The translations under genes and the position numbers were made by a program. The notes beneath the pieces are model-generated. The model did no database searches. It was not told where the DNA came from and saw only the letters and a list, made by a program, of their open reading frames with translations. From positions 144,274,001-144,338,000 of the forward strand of contig NC_086104.1 of NCBI RefSeq assembly GCF_963921235.1: a stretch of 64,000 nucleotides of DNA, read 5' to 3'. Of the stretch, positions 25,090 through 39,689 are shown piece by piece. Position 1 is the stretch's first letter. Each line of letters starts with the position of its first letter. Origin of the DNA: Mobula hypostoma. Taxonomy: Eukaryota.

Positions 25090-26350
25090 GCAATGTTCTG
25101 GGGGACTGGGAAATTGCAAATGTCACTCTACTGTTTAAGAAGGGAAGGTGGCAGAAGAAAATGAGTTATAGGCCAGTTAGCCTGACTTCAGTGCTTGGGA
25201 AGATGTTGGAGTCCATCATTAAGGATGTGATTTCAGGATACTTGGAGGCACACAGTAAAACAGAACTAAGTCATCATGATTTCCTTCAGGGGAAATCCTG
25301 CTTGACAGATTTATTGAAATTCTTTGAGGAAATAATAGGCAGGATAGACAAAGAAGAGTCAGTGGATGTTGTTTACTTGAATTTTCAGAAGGATTTTGAC
25401 AAGGTACCACACATGAGGCTGCTTAACAAGCTAAGAGCCCATGGTATTAAAAGAGCGATACTAGCATAGATTAAAGATTGGCTGACAGGCAAGGTGCAAA
25501 GAATGGGAGTAAAAGGGGCTTTTTCCAGTTGATTGTTGGTGTCACGTACCCTGTGACGGGTTAAAGAACCAGCAGAAATGGAAAACACTTTGGAGTCCGG
25601 TATTGCTATTAACTAATGGTATTTATTAGTAACTACGCAATACAGTAACATAAATGCAGGTATATCAAACAGGTTAGCAATGATTGTATATATATATGTG
25701 GAAATAGAAAAACCAAGCTTCTTCAAACCTAGGGGTAAATGGATACAGTCTTACGGTAATGAGTAAAGTTCAGTTCAGTTTGTGGTATTGAGTTGAATAG
25801 TGATGGGGAGAGAGAGAGAGAGAGATGTTTAGCTCTTCAGGTGAGCTGATGCTGTCGATCTTCACATTGTCCTCCGAAACTTCCAAGTTAGCCAAACTTA
25901 ACCAACTTAAGAGCACCGTCTTCGAGTGATAGTCTACCAACCCAGGCAAGAGTTAGACACACTAGTAGACTCCACAGGGTCGCTCTTTCACCCACTAATA
26001 ATCACAACATGATAAGGCATTAGTCAGACCGCACTTGGAATATTGAGAGCAGTTTTGGGCCCCTTATCTAAGAAAGTACGTTTTGGCATTGGAGAGGGTC
26101 CAGAGGATATTCACGATAATGTTTCCAGGAATGAAAAGGTGAATGTATGAGGAGCTTTTGATGGCTCTAAGCCCAACCTCACTGGAGTTTAGAAGAATGA
26201 GGGGGGATCTCATTGAAACCTATCGAATATTTAAAGGCCTAGATAGAGTGGATGTGGAGAGGGTTCTTCTGATAGTGAGGGACTCTAGGACCAGAGGGCA
26301 CAGCCTCAATAGAAGGACATTCATTTAGGACAGAGATGAGGAGTTTCTTT
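25090..26350 (+). mobile_element. CR1 LINE fragments interrupted by an unrelated insert (25540-26008)
   Basis: ORFs 25080..25469 (YRPVSLTS, FDKVPH) and 26143..26328. Confidence 0.85.
25540..26008 (-). mobile_element. LTR-like insert
   Basis: Begins TGTCACG and ends CA; minus-strand AATAAA near 25622; no TSD because the host CR1 is deleted at the junction. Confidence 0.35.
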
Positions 26351-26949
26351 AAAGGTTCAAAATACATTATTATCAAAGTATGTATCTGGGGTGCAACCCT
26401 GAGATATACCCTCTTGCAGGCAGCAGTGAAACAAAGAAACATCATGGAACCTGTTCAAAGAAAACATCAGGCAACCAACATGTGCAAGTGGCAAAAAGTG
26501 AGCGAATCATGCACAGAATACTAAACATCAAACCGCAGAGTCCTTGAAACAGTCTAGGTGTGTGCTGTGTCATTCTTTGACTGCAGACCTCAGAGCCAGT
26601 CTGCGCTGAAGTTCCCCAATCAAATCGTGCAAAATAACGAGAAAAGATTAACCAGAAACACATTTAACATGGGAACCACCGAGTCCTTCAAAAACTGGGT
26701 CCACAACCACAAGGTGCAATCAACAAACCTTGCAGCGTGGGACCCAAGACTCCTGAACACCCTCGTCAATTTCAGTCTTCCTCAACACTTTAATTGGCGA
26801 AGATTAATAGAGCACTCCGCCATTAGAGGAGAACGAGAGATGAGTTGAATGGCCTAATTCTGCTCCTATGTCTTATGGTTTTATGGACAGAATTCACCCT
26901 TGTTATAGTAGAAGAACTGGACATGATGGTAGGTAATCCTTTGCTTGTA

Positions 26950-27820
26950 AGACAGACATAGGAGCTGAATTAGGCCATTCGACCCACTGAGTCTTCAACA
27001 CCATTTGATTATGGCTGATTTATTATCCCTTTCAACTCCTGCCTTCTCCTCAAAAACTTTGACACCTCTACTAATCAAAAATCTATCAACCACCACTTTA
27101 AATATACCCAGTGACTTGGCTTCCATAGCCATTTGTGGCAATGAATTCTACAGATTCATCACCATCAGGCTAAAGAAATTCTTTCTTATCTTAGTTCTAA
27201 AGGTACATCCTTTTATTCTGAACTGTGCCCTCTGGTCCTTGACTCCGCCGCTATTCCAGCTTCACTCTATCTAGGCCCTTCAATATTTGGTATGCTTCAA
27301 TGAGATCACCCCCATTCTTCTAAATCCAGCAAGCACTGATGCAGAGCCATTAAGTGCTTCTCATATGTTAACCTTTCATTCCCAGATGATTCTTGTAAAC
27401 CTCCTCTGGACCCTTTTCAATGCCAGCATATCCTTCCCTAGACAAGGGGTCCAAAGTTGTTCACGATACACCAAATGTGGTCTGACCAGTGCCTCATAAA
27501 CACTCAGCATTACATCTTTGCTTTTATATTCTAGTCCTTTCAAAATGAATGCTAACATTACATTTATATTCCTGACTACCACCTCAACCTGCAGTTAACT
27601 TTTAGAGAATCCTGCACTGTCCCTTTACACTTCCAATTTCTGAATTCATCCTCATTTAGAAAACAGTTTACACCTTTTTTCCTTCTACCGAAGTGTATAA
27701 CCATATACTTCCCACTTCTTTGCCCATTCTGCTAATCTGTCCAACTCGTTGGGCAAACTTTTAAAGTGCTTCTAAAACACTACCTATCCCTCCAGCTAGT
27801 TTTGCATTGTCCACAAAGCC
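26950..27820 (-). mobile_element. CR1 LINE 3' fragment
   Basis: ORF 27376..27582 (GLEYKSKDVML...RPHL...RVQRRFTR). Confidence 0.85.
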
Positions 27821-27912
27821 ACGGGCACTGTGGTGGCATAGCGGTTAGCACAACGCTATTACAGCTTGGGCAGTTGGAGTTCAGACTTCAATTCCAGCAC
27901 TGCCTGTAAGGA

Positions 27913-28553
27913 ACGCAAACAACAGGAATTCTGCAGATGCTGGAAATTCAAGCAACACACATAAAAGTTGCTGGTGAACGCAGCAGGCCAGGCAGCATCT
28001 CTAGGAAGAGGTGCAGTCGACGTTTCAGGCCGAGACCCTTCGTCAGGACTAACTGAAGGAAGAGTGAGTAAGGGATTTGAAAATTGGAGGGGGAGGGGGA
28101 GATCCAAAATGATAGGAGAAGACAGGAGGGGGAGGGATGGAGCCAAGAGCTGGACAGGTGATAGGCAAAAGGGATACGAGAGGATCATGGGACAGGAAGT
28201 CCAGGAAGAGAGACAAGGGGGAGGGGGGACCCAGAGGATGGGCAAGGGGGTATATTCAGAGGGACAGAGGGAGAAAAAGGAGAGTGAGAGAAAGAATGTG
28301 TGTATAAAAATAAGTAACAGATGGGGTACAAGGGGGAGGTGGGGCATTAGCGGAAGTTAGAGAAGTCGATGTTCATGCCATCAGGTTGGAGGCTACCCAG
28401 ACGGAATATAAGGTGTTTTTCCTCCAACCTGAGTGTGGCTTCATCTTTACAGTAGAGGAGGCCATGGATAGACATGTCAGAATGGGAATGGGATGTGGAA
28501 TTAAAATGTGTGGCCACTGGGAGATCCTGCTTTCTCTGGCGGACAGAGCGTAG
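27913..28553 (-). mobile_element. Penelope-like element 3' fragment inserted in a V-type SINE
   Basis: Near-identical to 35024-35640; 11-bp TSD GCCTGTAAGGA at 27902-27912 and 28554-28564. Confidence 0.9.
28015..28050 (-). ncRNA. Minimal type I hammerhead ribozyme motif, identical to 35542-35577
   Basis: Reverse complement reads AGTCCTGACGAAGGGTCTCGGCCTGAAACGTCGACT. Confidence 0.75.
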
Positions 28554-29355
28554 GCCTGTAAGGAGTCTGTATTCCACCGCATGGAACACCTGGGATTTCG
28601 CCTGGTGCTCCAGTTTCCTCCTATGACATACCGGGTAGTTTAACTGATCATTGTAAATTGTCCTGTGATTAGGTTAATGTTAAACCGGGGTTGTCAGGAG
28701 TTGCTGGGGCAGCACAACTTGAAGGGCCAGGAAGGCCTATTCTGCACTGTATCGTTAAATAATAAATAAGATCATTTCCATCATCCAGATCGTTAACATA
28801 TAACATGAAAAGTAGCGGACCCTACAGCAACCCCTAAAGAACACCACTGATCAGATTGCGTTAATAACAAGGTTTGGTCCCATTTCGGATGGATGAAGTC
28901 GGTGGCTAGGGACAACGTTTGTGATGGGCTGAGGGCTATGGATTGTTTGCAGGTCCAGAAGGGTAAAGATTTGTTTTTTTTTAATGATGTTGAAGATGAA
29001 GAAGGTGACGCTACCTTCAGACGGCATCACAAGCTACTCACAATATCAACTAATGTGAGGGTCTGTTAGTCGGCAGGTTATTGGGAATGTTTAAAGGGAA
29101 GAATTGTAGAGAAAATAGGTGAGAAACAGCTGATAATGCAGTTGTAGTGAGAGTGGCTGGTGGGCACTGGACCATCCCAGAAATTTAGATACAACCCAGG
29201 TAACTTTGGGCCAGTAAGATCATGTACACATTTGTAAAAGTCTCAACCTTGGCTTGAGTTTGCCTTGTGAATGAATATAACAGCACTGACTGACTGGAAA
29301 ACACAGGATTTTCTTTTCCTTCTAACTTTTCAAAAATGCTTCTGTTTCATTACAG

Positions 29356-29431
29356 TGTTGGTCGTCCAAAGCACATTCGGGTGATGGCAGGAGCATTGGA
29401 AGGTGATCTCTTCATTGGGCCCAAGGCTGAG
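29356..29431 (+). CDS. ACTR1B: ACTR1B exon 3 ([25 protein letters not shown])
   Basis: ttacag acceptor, GTACT donor, 76 nt; within ORF 29336..29536. Confidence 0.95.
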
Positions 29432-31321
29432 GTACTACGTTATTCTCAACACCGTTTGTTGATTAAAATCATCTTCCTTTGCCAAAACAAATTCAATGAC
29501 ATGGAAATATATGGAGGCTTAAAATTTGTGTCCTGAAGTAGGAGCAACACAGCAGGGTAGCTTTTCACCTAGCATAACATGGGCGATCCTGGTTCAATTC
29601 CACTGCTGTCAGTGAGGACTTTGTACATTCTCCCTGTGGAGGGTTCTTCAGACTGAAGCGTCGCTTCAGACCGCAACATCAAAACAGCGAGCTGTTTGTT
29701 AGTCAACCCTCTCTCTGTGGAAGAGGTGACACCTCTCTCTCCCTTCCCAGAAAGAGAGAGAGCAAGAGCCTGTGGCATGTCGAAGTGTTGGGTGAACAAT
29801 AGGTTTTGTTGGATTGCAGATCATAGTCTTTGGGGGCATTACTATTGCTTGCTTGGTGGGTGATGGGCGCTGATGCTTCCTGCTGGAACAAGTTGAGGGA
29901 GAGGGAGGAGAGTTGATGCTTTGCTGCTGCTTGTGCATGGGAAGGAGGATGGAGGCTTTGGGATTCTAACGTTTTTCTGTCATTCGTTCTTTTTTTTCTC
30001 TGTTTGAGGTTGTATTCTGTATATATTCTCTGATATTAAATGGAACCATTGAGCAATTGACCTCATGGTTTCCTCTCAGTGATAGTGATCTAGTTTCCTC
30101 CCACATTCTAAAGACATATGGGGATAGTAGGTTTACTGGTCACATTGGTGTAATTAGGCAGCCTGGACTTGTTCGATTGGAAGGGCCTTTTACTAAGTTA
30201 TATCTCAAAATATAATAAAGCGGGGGGTGGTGTTATTGAGCTCCCTGAGCTTGTTTTGCCATTCATTTATCATGAAGGGGGTAGCCTTATGAAAGCAAGG
30301 GGGACTTTTTCTGCTCATCTTTTTTTTAGTGGATCAACGATCAGTCCTTAATTTTTCAGCCAATGACATAATTTAAAATTAGAACTGGTCTGTTCATAAG
30401 GACATCCTCAGCAAAGGAAAACATTCCTTATTTTCTTTTCCAACTCCTTTGATCACCTTAATCAGGAGTTTCCAACTTTTCTTATGCTATGAACCCCTAC
30501 TGTTATCCAAGGAGTCCATGGACCCAGGTTGGGAACTCTCATCTTAAATATTTGATATGCAAATTTGGCGTAGGTACCTGGTCTCTGGACGTTCTTGCAA
30601 GTCACACTGCTTTCTGAGGATGCATGAAATGGTTTATATAACTGTTGGGGTGGTTATTTGCTTTCCCAAAATTTCCCTGAAGTTTATTGGCCTCGATCAG
30701 AGGGAGAAGTGGTGGAAATTGCATTCAGACCTGTGCTGTGAGGAACTGTCTAAGGCTCATTCAGCATCACCTCCTTGGCTATACATCGTACTGTTGGCAG
30801 AGCTGTATTTACAAAACTGCCCAGTGGAAACTTCACATGGGTATTGGCTGATAGCTAATATCAGCTTTGGTGCTCCAGACTTAGACTTCCTGTGTCTTGC
30901 TGAGTTAGCTCGTCTGTGAGAACTTATGATGATCCCTCTTTTTGTTCAAATAATTACCTCCGGAATCCATATTATGAGGACAATGTTGAACTCTGCAGAA
31001 GTCAGTAAGTATTTGCATATGGATGACCACAAGCAAAATAATAAATCACCTGGAATCTGTCAAGTTTCAGCATCCTGGGGAAATCGTTAGGGATGGGATT
31101 TTTTCATTAAGAACAGTTAGGAAGATGGTTTTCCACTCTTTTAAAAAAAAACAATTCTTCCTCTTTCCACAGATGCTGCCTGAGCTTCTGAGTGTTTGCA
31201 GTATTTTCTATTTTATTTCAAATTTCCAACATCTGCAGTTTAAATTTTCATTGAATAGTTCAATAATGTGTTTATTCATTGTTCTACTTGTCCTCATCTA
31301 TCTTTTCCCTCCAACTGTTAG

Positions 31322-31780
<459 letters not shown>

Positions 31781-32522
31781 ACAGAGTGAAGCTCCCTCTA
31801 CACCGTCCCTTCACACGGTCTCTGGGTCAGACACAAGCAGGTGAGAAAAGATAAACGGCTAGTGTGGAGAATAGAAGAGGGAAGGGAGGATGGAAAATTT
31901 TCTTCCCTTTCTTATGCTATAGTTAAATACACAGAGTGATTTTTTTACATGGAAGTCCCACTTGATCATTGTGTTCAGCTTGCTAACCATTTCACATTTA
32001 GACACCTAATTCAAAATGTTGATCAGAGTGGAACTGGATACCTACCAAATAAATAGTAATTATTTACAGTGCATAACTGTAATGACTTGACCCAATAGAT
32101 CTATGCTCGTGTTTACACTGCACGTGAACTTAGAAAGGAGGCAATTGCAGGACTATATGGGAAGATCAAGAGGAATGGAAGTAAACTGATTACTGGGACT
32201 GTTAAAGCTAGTAAGGGTATGGTCAAAATGCATCCAATATAGTAGGATTTTTTTTTAAACCTCAGAAGTCATTATCAATACTCTACTTGTTGGTCACTGA
32301 TATAGAATAAACCTCTCTAAACACTGATGCAACATACCATTCCAGGACAGGTTTAATCTAGTGTAAAGCTCCATCTACTCTTCCTTCTCCAAACTTTCAG
32401 GGATGTAATGTATTGTCACTTTGCTATGTGCTACATAAGTATGTCTCAGTGAGGCTTTGCACCATTGTCTGCTTGGACTTCTACTATGATTGTCTTAAAT
32501 ACATATCATGTAGAGCATTTAA

Positions 32523-32723
<201 letters not shown>

Positions 32724-34701
32724 TAAGTCATAGTGTAAATGTCAGTTTCTTTCACCTGTTGACATTGAGTCTTCAAACAATTTATGGTTTGGATTTTTGA
32801 ATAACAAAGCAACGACTATAAGGAAATACAAATGAACGAATTGGTACAAGCAGTAAACACTTTCATATCTTTGTCTTGTTTCGCTCTTGTGAAATAGCTG
32901 TCACCTGAACTATTCTAGCAGGGCAAAAGGAATGCAAATTGATTTGCAGTTCAGACATTGTTCTATATCCTTCCCAATCACTCCTCCACCCTAAGATCAA
33001 GACAGCAGAGGATATTTGTTGAGCTTTTAACTCAATACAGATCAGGGCTCCCAGAAAAAATGACTGGCATTGGTTTTAATTATCTAAAATTATTTAGATA
33101 TGAAGAATGTTCCATTAAATCGAAATATAGCAAATATTCCTTTATCCAGATAGAAAATGGAAGACTGTAAGCCAACTCGTTTAAGATTTGACATGGAAGA
33201 AAAGGGAATGTTAAAGACATTATAACAAGATATTTGTGAAACGAGTTTTGAATTATTGAAAATTTTGGCTCTGTGAAAGAGAAATTCAGCCTGGCTAATC
33301 TTGGAATTCTTTGAAGTAATGTGATCTGTGTATTTAGAAAATTGGAGGATGTATCAAGTGCAAATTTCCAGTAAACATTAAATTAAGTGCTGCATCAGGC
33401 TCATGTGTAGAAAATCAAAATGTGTGGTATGGGAAGTAACATATATTTCTACAGATAGAAGATTGGCTAACTGACAGGAAATGGAGACTAGTCAGCAAAT
33501 TGTCTTTTATTGATTGGCAAAATATGCAGAGTGGAGTGCCTTGGGTATTGATGCTGGGCTTCAACTTTTTCCTGATTTGTTTCAATGACTTGGATGAAGA
33601 CACCAAAGGAAAGATTTGTGGATGACACAAAATGAGTTGGAAAATGAAAAGAACAGAGGGAGTCTTTAAAGGGATTTGGATAAGTAAGTTGGCCAAGTCC
33701 TGGCAAATGAATTACAATATGGAGGAAAAAATAAACTTTTCATTTTGGCAGGGAAAAGTGACAAATAATCCAAGTGGTAAGAGATTACAGAGCTCTGAGA
33801 TACTAAATAAAAAGAAAACTAAAAAATGTTTATTGCAAGCGAAGTTAAATGAAAAGGTATGCTTCATTTATACAGGGCTTAAGTGAATCTGGGCACCGTG
33901 TACATTAATAAACTCCTTGTTAAAGGCTTATTAGATTAATACCTGTAGTGACCAGTTTGTCTAATGAGGATTTGGACCTTAGAATCATTGAGTCATACAG
34001 CACAAAATGGGTTCTTTGGCCCACTACATTCATGCTGACATTGTTACCTAGCTGTAATAATCCCATTTGCCTGCATTAAATCCTTGTCCATTTTATGCGC
34101 TGTCTGTTCAAGTGCCTGTACCTTGTGGAAAAGTACATGTCTGTATTCCAAAGGAAGACTAACTGAACTTGGATGACTGTAACCTCAGTGTGGAAAGGGA
34201 GTTAGCCTCTGGGCAGGGTGTGATTAGTACATATGGGGTGGGGAAGGCTACCTCCAGTGAATTCCTGCTGTTGACAAAATGCTCGGAGCCCTGTCTTGTC
34301 ATAACAAGTATCCTCTTTTGTCAGAGCGGCAAGCACAGGAAATCATGACAACATCAAATCACTGGCACCAACTGAAATATATTGTCCCACTGAGACCGCA
34401 AAGATGTCCACATTACTCACACCATCTTGATACTGATGGCTGGATTAACCTGTTTTGTTATCTTCAGCACCCTGGCCCTAAAACCACATCAACAGGGGCA
34501 CTGCTGAAAGACATTCGGCATTGAAGCATTCAAGTATCCTTCCAATCTAGCTTTTGAAGATGGCACGTTACAACCTGTCAGCTCCCAGCCTATAAGAGCT
34601 GCAAAACATCCAGAGAATATGGCCTGCTTTGGTGACTGCCGTAATTGGTACCTTATGTACCTTATGAGGGGACTCTTTGCGCCTGACAAGAAGAATTTGT
34701 T

Positions 34702-35640
34702 GACCACTAAGCACATCTTTCCCTCCCCCACCTCTTCATTCCGCAGGGATCGCTCCCTACACAACTCCCTTGTCCATTCGTCCCCCCCATCCCTCCCCAC
34801 TGATCTCCCTCCTGGCACTTATCTGTGTAAGCGGAACAAGTGCTACACATGCCCTTACACTTCCTCCCTTACCACCATTCAGGGCCCCAAACAGTCCTTC
34901 CAGGTGAGGCATCACTTCACCTGTGAGTCGACTGGGGTGATATACTGCGTCCGGTGCTCCCGATGTGGCCTTTTATATATTGGTGAGACCCGACGCAGAC
35001 TGGGAGACCGCTTTGCTGAACATCTACGCTCTGTCCGCCAGAGAAAGCAGGATCTCCCAGTGGCCACACATTTTAATTCCACATCCCATTCCCATTCTGA
35101 CATGTCTATCCACGGCCTCCTCTACTGTAAAGATGAAGCCACACTCAGGTTGGAGGAACAACACCTTATATTCCGTCTGGGTAGCCTCCAACCTGATGGC
35201 ATGAACATCGACTTCTCTAACTTCTGCTAAGGTCCCACCTCCCCCTCGTACCCCATCTGTTACTCATTTTTATGCACACATTCTTTCTCTCACTCTCCTT
35301 TTTCTCACTCTCCTTTTTCTCCCTCTGTTCCTCTGAATATACCTCTTGCCCATCCTCTGGGTCACCCCCCCCCCTTGTCTTTCTTCCCGGACCTCCTGTC
35401 CCATGATCCCCTTGTATCCCCTTTTGCCTATCACCTGTCCAGCTCTCGGCTCTATCCCTCCCCCTCCTGTCTTCTCCTATCATTTTGCATCTCCCCCTCC
35501 TCCTCCAGCTTTCAAATCCCTTACTCACTCTTCCTTCAGTTAGTCCTGACGAAGGGTCTCGGCCTGAAACGTCGACTGCACCTGTTCCTAGAGATGCTGC
35601 TTGGCCTGCTGTGTTCACCAGTAACTTTGATGTATGTTGC
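34702..35640 (+). mobile_element. Penelope-like element, 5'-truncated, with GIY-YIG endonuclease C-terminus and terminal repeat
   Basis: ORF 34619..35230 contains VIYCVRCSRCGLLYIGETRRRLGDRFAEH; 11-bp TSD AAGAATTTGTT at 34691-34701 and 35641-35651; hammerhead in the tail. Confidence 0.9.
35542..35577 (+). ncRNA. Minimal type I hammerhead ribozyme motif in a Penelope-like terminal repeat
   Basis: AGTC-CTGACGA-A-GGG TCTCGG CCT-GAAAC-GTC-GACT: intact CUGANGA/GAAA/NUH core, stem I AGTC/GACT, short stem II, palindromic ACGT mini stem III. Confidence 0.75.
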
Positions 35641-36062
35641 AAGAATTTGTTACTGTTGTTTTTCCTCTCCAAGCCTTATGGTGCATCGGGCGACAATCTT
35701 TCCATTTCTTTAGCATCTTATCCGAGTTGCTAGCTCGACACTCGACCCAGCATGGATGGAAAGCATGCAAGGAGCCGCATGGATTCGAACCCGAGACCAC
35801 TCGACTCGAAGTCTGGTGCCGATGCCACTACACCACTGGCTGGCTTACATGGAGAATTGGGGCAAATTTATCTAAAACAACCAGTTGATCGAGGGGCATC
35901 AGGTGTTTCTCAATTGGAAGCCGCATCTTTTCTCAACGGCAGAATAATATCTCCAAAGACATCTGAATTAAGAGGTCTTGATCCTAAAGAGCAGCTAATA
36001 ACTGGGGAGTTTGCAGGAGGCCATCTATAAGTGCTTCAATTTAATATCAGATAATATACACA

Positions 36063-36372
36063 GTGTGGGCACGTGCCAAATGGTTAAGGCATTCGACTAG
36101 TGATCTGAAGGTCGTGAGTTCGAGTCCCAGCCGAGGCAGCCTGTTGTGTCCTTGAGCAAGGCACTTAATCACACAGTGCTCTGCGACGACACCGGTGCCG
36201 AGCTGTATGGGTCCTAATGCCCCTCCCTTGGACAACATCGGCCTCGTGGAGAGGGGAGAGTTGCAGCATGGGCAACTGCCAGTCTTCCATACAACCTTGC
36301 CCAGGCCTGTGCCCTGGAGAGTGAAGACTTTCCAGGTGCAGATTCATGGTCTTGCAAGACTAACGGATGTCT
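36063..36372 (+). mobile_element. tRNA-derived SINE, same family as 5064-5370
   Basis: Colinear and highly similar over ~300 bp. Confidence 0.8.
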
Positions 36373-37774
36373 TATTATTAATATACACAGTATTCAACGT
36401 GAAATTCTTGCTCTTCACAGAAGATGTCCATGAAACAAGAAACTCCAAAGAACGAATAATAGTAATATCAGATCCCCAGAGGCCCCCTCACCCCTTCCCA
36501 GGCACAAGCAGCCACAGAAGCATCGACCCTTCCCCACCCCCTCCCCTCACTTGCACCACACACCCACCATGCAAGCAATAGCAAATACCACCAAAGTGAC
36601 CTTGATCTAGAGTCCATCAAAAACTATAGTACATAACCCAGCACCTTAGTATCTCAGGCAGGCTACCTCTCACTAGCGAGGGGGAAAGCGATCACTCCTG
36701 CAACAACGAGAGTGGAAGACCAACAGCTCGCTGTTCCGATGTTAATCTTCAACATCGCTTCTCCAAGCCCCTTTGACTCAGGGACCAACAGGCTCTCACC
36801 CTCCATCGAGAGAGAGAGAGAGCCCGGTACAAAAACCCACTGCTTGAGGAGAGCCGTAGTTTGAGCTGTAGCTGTAGATCACAGGCTGTGACAAAATCCC
36901 AGCTACCTTGAAAAGAAAAAAAAGACGTACAAAAGAAATAATAAGCTGTTTCATGGACAATCTGGAAGAAGTCGCCTGGGTCTCCTGAACGCTGTCTTCA
37001 CATAATCCTTCATTTATTCGAGGATAAGCAAGCTAATCTCAGTATCCTTTTTTCCCCTGCCATCCTCCCCTGACTACGTTCTGTGTCTCACCAGGTAGAA
37101 CACAGTGTTCACGTGCCTGAGACCAGGCTCTTGAAGTGGACTCAATTTCCAGTTCTCTCAGGGAACAGATTGCCAGGCGGACAAGACAACTCAAAGGTGC
37201 TCAAAACCACCTTGAAGAAATCTCTATTGGCTCCTGGGAATCTCAGGCACAGGATTGCCTAAATGAGGAAAGATGTTTTGGGATGGCATTGAGAACTTTG
37301 AGGCGACACATCAGAGGGCTCACTCAGGCTCTGTGTAAATGGTAGAAGGAGCAGACCTCCTCACAAACTACTCATGCTCACCATCAATCGACACTTGCCC
37401 CATCTGCAGTTCCCACGTTGTCCTCATTAGCCTCCTCACAACCCACAAATCCAGCATGGAAGCAAATCCCTTGATCCACAGGAACAATTTGCCTGACAAG
37501 TAAGATAATCAGATCAGCTATGATAATAAATGGCAGAGTAGGTCTGAGTGTGTTGCTTCTGCTAAATAGTGTATGTGTGTGTGTGTGTTTACTGGGATCT
37601 TTCTGGTTTAAGTAGCAGATTAGTATTGTTGTGGTTAAGTTACTGGACTCAGTTCCTGAGGGCTAGACTCATAAGAATCCCAAATTTCTGGATGAGTTGG
37701 GATCCTATCATACCAACGGGGAAATTTAAATTCAAGTATTTAAACAGTTTTCTTATTGAAAAGAAATCTGCTTA

Positions 37775-39240
37775 GGTTAGGTTGCATCTGGAGCATTGCA
37801 TTCATTTCTGGCCACATCATTATAGGAAGGATGTGGAGGCCTTGGAAAGGGCAAAGAAGATGTTTACGTGGGTGCTTCCTGGGTAAGAGGGCATGTGTTA
37901 TGAGGGGAGGTTGAACAAGCTTTGATTGTTTTCTCTGGAACAGCAGAGGCTGAGGGGAGACCCGATAGGAGTTTATAGGATTATGAGAGGCATAGTTAAG
38001 AGCAGACAGCCAGTATGTTTTTCCCAGGATCCAAATGTCTAATACTAGAGGAAATGTTTTTAAGTTAAGTGGGGGGGGGCGGAGTTCATCGGAGATGGGG
38101 CAAGTCATTTTTCCACACTACTACATGATTGGAATGTGTTGCCGGGGTGATAACAGAGGCAAATATGATAGCGAGTTTTAAGAGCCTCTTATATAGGCAG
38201 ATTAATGTGTAGAGAATAGAAGGGTGTTCCACAGGGGTCTGTGTTGGGACTGATTCTTTTTACATTATATGTCAATAACTCGGATGAGGGAATTGATGGC
38301 TTTGTTGCAAAGTTTGCAGACAATATGAGGATGGGTGGAGGGGCAGGTGGTTTTGAGGAAGCATAGAGGCTACAGAAGGAATCAGACATATTAGGAAACT
38401 GGGCAAAGAAATGGCAGATGGAATGTAGTGTTGGGAAGTGTATGGTTGTGCTCTTTGCTAGAAGAAATGAGAGGGTTGACTATTTTCTGAATGGAGAGAA
38501 GATGTAGAAAACTAAGGCGCAAAGGGACTTGGGAGTTCTTGTGCAGGATTCCCTAAAGGTTAGTTTGCAGGTTGAGTCTGTGGTGAGAAAGGCAAATGCA
38601 ATGTTAGCATTCATTTCAAGAGGACTAGAATAGAAAAACAAGGATATAATATTGAGACTATAAAGCACTGGAGTATAAAGCACTGGTGAGGCCTCACTTG
38701 GAGTATTGTGAGCAGTTTTGGTCCCCTTCTCTTAGAAAGGATGTGCTGAAACTGGAGAGAGTCCAAAAAAAGGTTCATGAAAATTATTCCAATGGCTTGT
38801 CATATGAAGAGCGTTTGATGGTTCTGGCCCTGTGTTTGCTGGAATTCAGAAGAATGAGGGGTGACCTCATTGAAACTATGGAATGGTTAAAGGCCTTGGT
38901 AGAGTGGATGTGGAGAGAATGTTTGCTCTGGTGGTCCAAGACCAGAGGACACAGCCTCAGAATAGAGGGACATCCTTTTAGAATGGTGATGAGAATTTTC
39001 TTTAGCCAGAGAGTGACGAATCTGTGGAATTCACTCTCACAGGCAGCTGTGGGGGCCAAGTCTTTAGGTATATTTAAAGCAGAGGTTGATAGATTTTAGA
39101 TTGGTCATGGCATGAAAGGAGACAGGGAGAAGGCAAGAGATTGGGGCTGAGAGGAAAATTGGATCAGCCATGATGAAATGGCAGAGCAGACTCGATGGAC
39201 CAAATAGCCTAATTCTGCTCCTATATCTTATGGTCTTATG
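37775..39240 (+). mobile_element. Two adjacent CR1 3' fragments (junction ~38221)
   Basis: RT C-terminal motifs; the second copy matches 9330-10535. Confidence 0.85.
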
Positions 39241-39289
39241 GATATGGACACTGTAGACTGAAGGGGCTAGTTTAGTTTGGCATTCCAGT

Positions 39290-39591
39290 NNNNNNNNNNN
39301 NNNNNNNNNNNNNNNNNNNNNNNNNNNNNNNNNNNNNNNNNNNNNNNNNNNNNNNNNNNNNNNNNNNNNNNNNNNNNNNNNNNNNNNNNNNNNNNNNNNN
39401 NNNNNNNNNNNNNNNNNNNNNNNNNNNNNNNNNNNNNNNNNNNNNNNNNNNNNNNNNNNNNNNNNNNNNNNNNNNNNNNNNNNNNNNNNNNNNNNNNNNN
39501 NNNNNNNNNNNNNNNNNNNNNNNNNNNNNNNNNNNNNNNNNNNNNNNNNNNNNNNNNNNNNNNNNNNNNNNNNNNNNNNNNNNNNNNNNNN
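39290..39591. other. Assembly gap (302 N) in ACTR1B intron 5
   Basis: Run of N; no coding exon is missing because exons 5 and 6 join in frame. Confidence 0.99.
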
Positions 39592-39689
39592 TGCCCAAGG
39601 CTTTTGCACAGTATTGTAGTAATTTTATGTATTGCACCGTACTGCTGCCACAAAAAAAAACAAATTTCATGACAAACGTGAGTGATGAT

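Noticed and set aside
34619-35230. 203-aa GIY-YIG ORF as a domesticated nuclease gene
   Set aside because: It lies inside a TSD-bounded multicopy Penelope insertion. Its first ~28 codons are flanking intron sequence, and openness is explained by young age.
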